From: Gemmatales bacterium
GTDB lineage: Bacteria > Planctomycetota > Planctomycetia > Gemmatales > HRBIN36
Length of the DNA: 64,000 nt
Direction of reading: 5' to 3'
Assembly (NCBI GenBank): GCA_041640595.1
Contig: JBEPZY010000001.1
Coordinates: forward strand, 32,001 to 96,000
Below, piece by piece: positions 58,476 to 64,000 of the stretch (the stretch's first letter is position 1; every line of letters begins with the position of its first letter). The notes below the pieces were generated by a model. That model saw only the letters and a list, made by a program, of their open reading frames with translations. It was not told where the DNA came from and ran no database searches. A program made the position numbers and the translations under genes.

Positions 58476-59035
58476 GCACGGACAAGTGCCTTGAAGAAAC
58501 GGTACGTGGCCTGCTCGACAAAGATGCTGAATTTGGTCTCCGGCACGGACAAGTGCCTTGAAGAAGTGGTACCCCGTCGGCTGTCGGTTTATGCGACACA
58601 CGCGGGAATGGTTGGCGGTGTTGGTGCGGTGTCTCGAAGCGCAAACAGTCAGTTTTCGAGCGACACCCAAGGAGGTCGCACTGGACCTTACTTGGTGCAG
58701 GCTAAGTTCGCTTCGGTGCATCCGCCTCGCAGGACAGCCGGTGTTTACCGGAATTTCGGCCTCACTTGGTGCAGGTTAAATTCTCTTGGGTGCATCCCTC
58801 CGGAACTGCTGCGTCGCGTGGATTCCTCTGTCGGTGCGGCTTTTCGAGGCGCGGACAGGCAGCCTTACTCTTGGTTCATTCCGCGGAGTAAACGCACTGA
58901 TCTGGAATTGACGAGCCTGGAGCCTTTCGGAGCGGAAAGTATTCTCCGAATCTGCACCTTTCAAAGGCGTTCGACGCAGAGCCGCAGAAGGTTGCGGGGT
59001 CAGAGCGATAGATTTGCTCCGAATCTGTACCGTTC
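58476..59035. repeat. Three unrelated direct-repeat doublets in one intergenic region
   Basis: A 58476-58505 / 58543-58572; B 58686-58723 / 58760-58797; C 58944-58962 / 59017-59035. Confidence 0.85.
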
Positions 59036-59037
59036 GG

Positions 59038-59066
59038 TTGCTAGCCTCGGTATTTCGGTTTACAAT
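59038..59066 (+). promoter_or_regulatory. Putative sigma70 promoter for the MoxR operon
   Basis: TTGCTA-17 nt-TACAAT; GAGGAGG RBS before GTG 59111. Confidence 0.65.
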
Positions 59067-59110
59067 GAGTTGACCGAGTATATCTGTATCGGTTTACGAG
59101 GAGGAAGCCT

Positions 59111-60157
59111 GTGTCGGCAGCAGGTGATCAGCTAGCGGCCATTCTCGAACAATTCGCCCAAACGCGGCAACGGATGCTGGAGCAACTCCGGCGTGTCATT
59201 GTCGGTCAGAACGAAGTCATCGAGCAAATCTTCGCGGCCATCTTCGCCCGCGGGCATTGTTTGCTGGTGGGTGTTCCAGGCTTGGCGAAAACGCTCATGA
59301 TCAGCACCATCAGCCAGATTCTCGACCTCTCGTTCAAACGCATCCAGTTCACGCCGGACCTGATGCCCACCGACATCACCGGCACGATGATTCTGGACAT
59401 AGATGAACAAACCGGGCGGCGCAATTTTCGCTTTGTTCCCGGGCCGGTCTTTGCCAACATAGTGCTGGCGGACGAAATCAACCGTACCCCGCCCAAAACG
59501 CAAGCTGCGTTACTCCAGGCCATGCAGGAACGGCAGGTCACAGTCGGCCAGCAAACTTACAATCTGCCCGAACCGTTTTTCGTCCTGGCCACGCAAAACC
59601 CGATCGAGCAGGAAGGTACGTATCCACTGCCGGAGGCCCAGCTGGACCGGTTTATGTTCAACATCAAAGTGGATTATCCCTCTTACGAGGAAGAAAAACG
59701 CATCCTGGCTACCACCACCAAGGATGAACAACCGGAACTCGTCAAGGTCCTGAGCGGCAAAGCCATTTTGAACCTGCAACGGCTGGTTCGGAGTGTACCG
59801 GTAAGCGATCTGGTGGTTGATTACGTGGCGCGACTGGTGCGAGCAACACGTCCCCGTACACCCGAGGCTCCGGAATTTGTGAATCAGTGGGTGGACTGGG
59901 GAGCCGGACCTCGAGCCGGGCAATTTTTGATTCTCGGTGCCAAAGCCCTGGCAGCGATGGATGGCCGATTCACTGTCTCCTTCGATGACGTTCGCCGCGT
60001 CGCCATCCCGGTTCTGCGACATCGCATCAGCGTCAATTTCCAGGCCCAGGCGGAAGGGAAAACTTCCGAGGACATCATTCAGCTGCTGCTGCAACACGTG
60101 CCCGAGCCGGAGCCACGCAAATACGACAAACCCACACGCGTGCGGACAGGTTCGTGA
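59111..60157 (+). CDS. MoxR-family AAA+ ATPase
   Basis: GVPGLAKT, RIQFTPDLMP, LADEINRTPPKTQ and ATQNPIEQEGTYPLPEAQLDRF. Confidence 0.95.
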   Translation: MSAAGDQLAAILEQFAQTRQRMLEQLRRVIVGQNEVIEQIFAAIFARGHCLLVGVPGLAKTLMISTISQILDLSFKRIQFTPDLMPTDITGTMILDIDEQTGRRNFRFVPGPVFANIVLADEINRTPPKTQAALLQAMQERQVTVGQQTYNLPEPFFVLATQNPIEQEGTYPLPEAQLDRFMFNIKVDYPSYEEEKRILATTTKDEQPELVKVLSGKAILNLQRLVRSVPVSDLVVDYVARLVRATRPRTPEAPEFVNQWVDWGAGPRAGQFLILGAKALAAMDGRFTVSFDDVRRVAIPVLRHRISVNFQAQAEGKTSEDIIQLLLQHVPEPEPRKYDKPTRVRTGS

Positions 60158-60176
60158 AGCTTGTCCCGACGATCCC

Positions 60177-61073
60177 ATGGCCAACGTTCAGCAATACCTG
60201 CGCCCGGATGTCATTCGTCAGGTGAGCCGGCTTGACCTGCGGGCGAAATTCATCGTCCAGGGTTTCCTGGCCGGTCTGCACGTCAGCCCGTTTCACGGCT
60301 TCAGCGTCGAATTCAGCGAACATCGCAAGTACGAACCCGGCGACGATGTCAAGGATATTGACTGGAACGTTTACGCACGCACCGAACGACTATACATCAA
60401 AAAATTCCAGGCCGAAACCAACCTGACCTGCTATCTGGCCATGGATCTCAGCCAGTCCATGGATTACACCTACCGCCAGCCATTGACGAAGTTTGGCTAC
60501 GCAATCAATCTGGCTGCGGCGATGAGTTTCTTGATGATCCAACAGCAAGACCCAACCGGTCTGGTTACCTTCGACACGCAGATTCGCACTTTTCTACCGC
60601 CAAAAAGCAAGCGTACGCAGATCGGTGCCATCCTGAGTGTGCTGGATACCGCGAAGCCACAGGGCCAGACGGACGTCGCGCATTGTCTGCACCAGATAGC
60701 CCGCATCATCCGCAAGCGCAGTTTGGTCATCCTTTTTTCCGACTTGCTTACCGATTTGCCGCCGGTCATTCACGCTTTGCATCACCTTCGCCATGACGGC
60801 AACGAGGTCATCATTTTCCACATTCTTGATGAGGCGGAAGTCACTTTCCCATTCCGCCAGGTCGTCGAACTGGAGGACCCAGAAACGCTGGAGCGATTGA
60901 CCCTGGATGCACGCGGTGTGCGGGACGGATACCTGGAGGCACTGCGTGACTTTACCAGCTATCTGGACAAGGAATGTCGCAAGGCCAACATTGACATTAT
61001 CCGTGTGCATACCGGCCAGAATTTCGACCGAGCCCTGATTCGCTATCTGACGGAGCGGCAAAAACGGTTTTGA
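60177..61073 (+). CDS. DUF58 domain (VWA-like) protein
   Basis: GFSVEFSEHRKYEPGDD..IDW, DLSQSM and ILFSD. ATG 60177. Confidence 0.93.
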   Translation: MANVQQYLRPDVIRQVSRLDLRAKFIVQGFLAGLHVSPFHGFSVEFSEHRKYEPGDDVKDIDWNVYARTERLYIKKFQAETNLTCYLAMDLSQSMDYTYRQPLTKFGYAINLAAAMSFLMIQQQDPTGLVTFDTQIRTFLPPKSKRTQIGAILSVLDTAKPQGQTDVAHCLHQIARIIRKRSLVILFSDLLTDLPPVIHALHHLRHDGNEVIIFHILDEAEVTFPFRQVVELEDPETLERLTLDARGVRDGYLEALRDFTSYLDKECRKANIDIIRVHTGQNFDRALIRYLTERQKRF

Positions 61074-61218
61074 ATCTCGCCGCTTCTTGCTGAGATCGAT
61101 CGCCGGATTTTTCGCCTACACCGAGCTGGTCGAGCCTTTTTGGTACGGATACCCGCCGGGCAGCAGCGACCTAAAATGGCACAGAGGCCCAATTAGCCAA
61201 ATCCTGAGGATGAGCAGC

Positions 61219-63492
61219 ATGGAGTTGGTTTGGCTCGTGCCGGCGGTCAGCGTGATCGGCGCGGCGCTGCTTTTAGCGCCGATCATTCTCCATCTACTGT
61301 TTCGCCAGAAGCCGAAGCGTGTGTCCTTTCCGGCCCTGCGTTTGATCCAGCAACGCAAGCGCAAGCTCATCCGCAAACTGCAACTGCGCCATTTGTTGCT
61401 TCTGGCGCTGCGTTTGTTGTTACTGGGTGGAGTGATCCTGGCGTTAGGACGGCCGACCATCACCGGTGGGTCGCGGTTATTGCCGCGCGGCAGCCCGATC
61501 GCAGCCATCCTCGTTTTCGATACCAGTGCCAGTATGAGTTACCAGCTGGAGGGACAAACGCGGCTGCAGAAAGCCCAATCCCTGGCCACGGAATACCTGC
61601 GTCAGTTGCCCGAAGGAAGCAAAGTTGCCGTGGTGGACAGCGCCGAAATCCGTATCCAGTTTCGCGACCGCAAAGAAGCGCAGGTGATCGTGGATAGCCT
61701 GCGCATACGCTATCACAATCGGCCGGTTCTTCTGGCGGTGCGGGAAGTGCTCCGCCGGGTTCGCCAGCCTGATGACAAATGGCCCGACATGCCGCTGGTG
61801 ATCTGCATTTTCTCTGACCGGACTGCGGCTTCCTGGCCGAGCGACGTCGCTTCCGAAATCCGCGAACTGGTGGCCGAGCTAGCCAGAAATTGGCAAGCCC
61901 AAGCCGAGCTCGAATCCCGTCAAGACTTTCGAGTTCCCATACTGTATTTCGACCTCGCGCCACCTCATCCCACTAACGTCGCCATTGATGGTATCAGTCT
62001 GGTGCTCGGTGAAGGAACGCTTCCTTTGGAAAAGCTTCTCTACGGTCTGGGTAGCAAACAGAAGGTTCAGTTGCAGGCGGAAATTCGCGCTGCCGGAACC
62101 AGCGTGGATGCCGAAGTGGAATTGTTGATCGGCGACGAAGTCTTCGACACCAAACGATTCCAGATTCAACCGGAAGAGGGACAGTCGAGGGCAATCCAGG
62201 TGAGGTTTCGCCCTTTCGAGCTGGACAAAGCGCTGGTTCAGGGCCGGATTCGCCTCAAAAGCCCCGATGCGCTCGACAGCGACAACGTTCGCTACTGGAC
62301 GTTGGTTACTCAACAGCGCAAGGTCTGGCTGGTGGCAGACCAGCTCGCCAGCACGCAAATCTGGCGAAATGCTCTGGAAACGTTGGGCCAGCGTGGATTA
62401 TTGCCGGTGGAAGTTTCCGTATTCACCACAGAACAGCTGGAAGCGGTTCCAGCCATCCCAGGGGCCCCAGACGTGCTATGCGTCATGCAAATGGCCAAAC
62501 CTACCGACGAGGTCTGGCGCCGGCTGAGCAATTACGTGAAATTAGGTGGTCGGTTGGTGCTCGTCCTGGGTGTGGAGCTGGACCCTGCCGCGTACAACAC
62601 GGAAGCTGCGGCAGAAGTATTGCCCGTACAGGTGCTCAAGCCAGTAGAACTTCCGCTGGATAGTTTCGTGGAGGTGCCGGATCGCGGTGAGCATCCGCTG
62701 TTCCGCCCTTATCGGGACTGGAACACTGACCTGAGCGTTGGGCGAGTGTACCGGATGTGGCAAACCGAACTGCTTCGCAAAGGCGGACAGCCACTGGGCC
62801 AGGTCCTGGCTCGCGTCAGTCACGAAGCGCGACCGCTGGTCATCGAACGCACCTTCGACACCCAGCAGGGCAGCGGACGTTTGTTACTTTTCACGACGCC
62901 CCTTTATCGCCGTACTACTCCCGATTGGAGCGATTGGAATAACTTTCACATTCCCTGGCAAACGAATTTTGCCCTGCCGTTTGTAACCGTGCGCTATCTG
63001 TTGCAGGCCCAGGGAGAACGCACGAACTGGCTGCTCGGCGAAGAAACGCCGTCAGTACTGTTGCCCGGATTTGCCGAGCCAGGATTCAGCTGGGAATTGC
63101 GAGGCCCGGAAACGCGGAGTGGCACGCTGGAACAGCGGCAACGCGAACTGTTTCTCGAGCGATTAGACCGGCACGGCAACTACACGGTTCGCGAGCTGCA
63201 GGACAGGTGGGTGCAAGGGTTCAGCGTCAACCTGCCGCCGCGGGAAACCGAATTCCTCGAAGGGCGAATCACCGACGAGCAAATCCGCAACACTCTGGGA
63301 GACAATAGCCTTTTGCAGGCGGATGACCCGGTGCAGTTAGTGGAACTGGCTCGCACGCGCACGGGTCAAGCACCGCCCCTGGAGTTGCTCCCCTGGTTGC
63401 TGCTTCTGGCTGCGGTGTTCCTGGCCGTCGAATGCTGGGTGGCCAATCGCTTTTATAAACGCGAAAGCCCGGAGGCCGATGAGCATGGTTGA
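61219..63492 (+). CDS. BatA domain + VWA membrane protein
   Basis: PIILHL..F.AL..LLLALR (BatA), MIDAS DTSASM and a C-terminal TM LAVECW. Start 61210 or 61219. Confidence 0.88.
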   Translation: MELVWLVPAVSVIGAALLLAPIILHLLFRQKPKRVSFPALRLIQQRKRKLIRKLQLRHLLLLALRLLLLGGVILALGRPTITGGSRLLPRGSPIAAILVFDTSASMSYQLEGQTRLQKAQSLATEYLRQLPEGSKVAVVDSAEIRIQFRDRKEAQVIVDSLRIRYHNRPVLLAVREVLRRVRQPDDKWPDMPLVICIFSDRTAASWPSDVASEIRELVAELARNWQAQAELESRQDFRVPILYFDLAPPHPTNVAIDGISLVLGEGTLPLEKLLYGLGSKQKVQLQAEIRAAGTSVDAEVELLIGDEVFDTKRFQIQPEEGQSRAIQVRFRPFELDKALVQGRIRLKSPDALDSDNVRYWTLVTQQRKVWLVADQLASTQIWRNALETLGQRGLLPVEVSVFTTEQLEAVPAIPGAPDVLCVMQMAKPTDEVWRRLSNYVKLGGRLVLVLGVELDPAAYNTEAAAEVLPVQVLKPVELPLDSFVEVPDRGEHPLFRPYRDWNTDLSVGRVYRMWQTELLRKGGQPLGQVLARVSHEARPLVIERTFDTQQGSGRLLLFTTPLYRRTTPDWSDWNNFHIPWQTNFALPFVTVRYLLQAQGERTNWLLGEETPSVLLPGFAEPGFSWELRGPETRSGTLEQRQRELFLERLDRHGNYTVRELQDRWVQGFSVNLPPRETEFLEGRITDEQIRNTLGDNSLLQADDPVQLVELARTRTGQAPPLELLPWLLLLAAVFLAVECWVANRFYKRESPEADEHG

Positions 63493-64000
63493 ATGGTTTC
63501 CTAGCCTTAATAGTCCGTGGGAACCGCTCACCTTACCCGTAGTGCTCGGCGCCGCCGGTCTGGTAGCCGTGTTAACCGTGTGGAGTTATTGCGGCCTGGG
63601 TCGCGCAATTCGCCTGGCACTCTGGCTGGGGATAGCTGCTTCAGCTGTCTATGCCGCTCAGTGTCTGGCTACTGCACTGGCAGCTCGGGATTGGCAATTC
63701 TCGGCACTCAGCGAAGCGTTCCGCGAGCAAATCTGGAATCTCGCCGGCAGTGCTCTGGTGGCGGTCGGCTTACTGGCCGGCTTGCGCATTACCGGGCCAC
63801 TGGTCGGCTCCCAACCCGCCACTGCTCAACCTCATCAAGTGGCCATCCTGTTGGCCCTGCGGTTACTGGCCCTCGGAGTGCTCTGCCTCATCCTGCTCCG
63901 ACCCGCCTGGAAAGTCACCTTCACCGAGAGTCTCCAAGGGCTGGTCATCATCTTGCTCGATGAGAGCCGTAGCATGCGGGAGCGCGATGAACCGCCGGAG
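63485..64000 (+). CDS. Membrane VWA-domain protein of the MoxR operon (3'-partial; not in ORF track)
   Basis: ATG 63485 overlaps the previous gene. MVEWFPSLNSPWEPL...LALRLLAL..LLRP...IILLDESRSM runs off the window end. Confidence 0.85.
   Translation, partial: MVEWFPSLNSPWEPLTLPVVLGAAGLVAVLTVWSYCGLGRAIRLALWLGIAASAVYAAQCLATALAARDWQFSALSEAFREQIWNLAGSALVAVGLLAGLRITGPLVGSQPATAQPHQVAILLALRLLALGVLCLILLRPAWKVTFTESLQGLVIILLDESRSMRERDEPPE

Noticed and set aside
58476..58572. Bona fide CRISPR array
   Set aside because: Only two copies, no third repeat at the expected period, and no AT-rich leader or cas genes. Kept only as a repeat doublet.
44000..59000. Apparent C-rich to G-rich skew switch suggesting oriC
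   Set aside because: Spot counts are inconsistent (G-rich at 38.9 kb, C-rich again at 59-60 kb) and track gene content. No dnaA or DnaA-box cluster was seen.
58209..59135. 308-aa + strand ORF spanning the repeat-rich intergenic region
   Set aside because: It overlaps real genes at both ends, is R/S/G-rich with no motifs, and runs through the moxR promoter. Probably a chance open frame.

Overview
This is a gene-dense, GC-rich bacterial chromosome segment, most likely from a Planctomycetota (Gemmatales-like) organism. That is inferred from a LEPR-XLL-type S8 protease, a PQQ-like propeller, a double-DUF4159 protein, a MoxR-DUF58-BatA/VWA operon and Tat-exported Gfo/Idh/MocA enzymes. Most of the ~50 genes are housekeeping or metabolic: thiE, fabH, scpB, an IscA/HesB protein, dnaG-rpoD-zinc ribbon, glpK/glpD, mqnA/mqnC, hemL, hemH, aguB/aguA, rarA and mobA. 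No rRNA, complete tRNA, transposase, integrase or cas gene was seen. Highlights: (1) A promoter, SAM-I riboswitch and terminator control a threonine-synthase-like enzyme, a membrane protein, a ubiquitin-like sulfur carrier capped after its GG (GG-EI), a MoeB and a FliB/YkgJ-like Fe-S protein; this is probably a sulfur-carrier route to homocysteine/methionine. (2) A Tsr3-like gene lies directly upstream. (3) A DUF3624-like membrane domain, an internal Tat-like motif and a duplicated 12-Cys domain share one frame, split by a single TAA. (4) A DUF6338 gene overlaps a small Pro/Gly-rich peptide gene. (5) A hypothetical protein and an SNF2 helicase both end in Ala-Ala. (6) Intergenic direct-repeat doublets with 65-84 nt periods recur. 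(7) A lower-GC tract runs from about 36 to 52 kb. All family assignments come from motif recognition by eye, not database searches.
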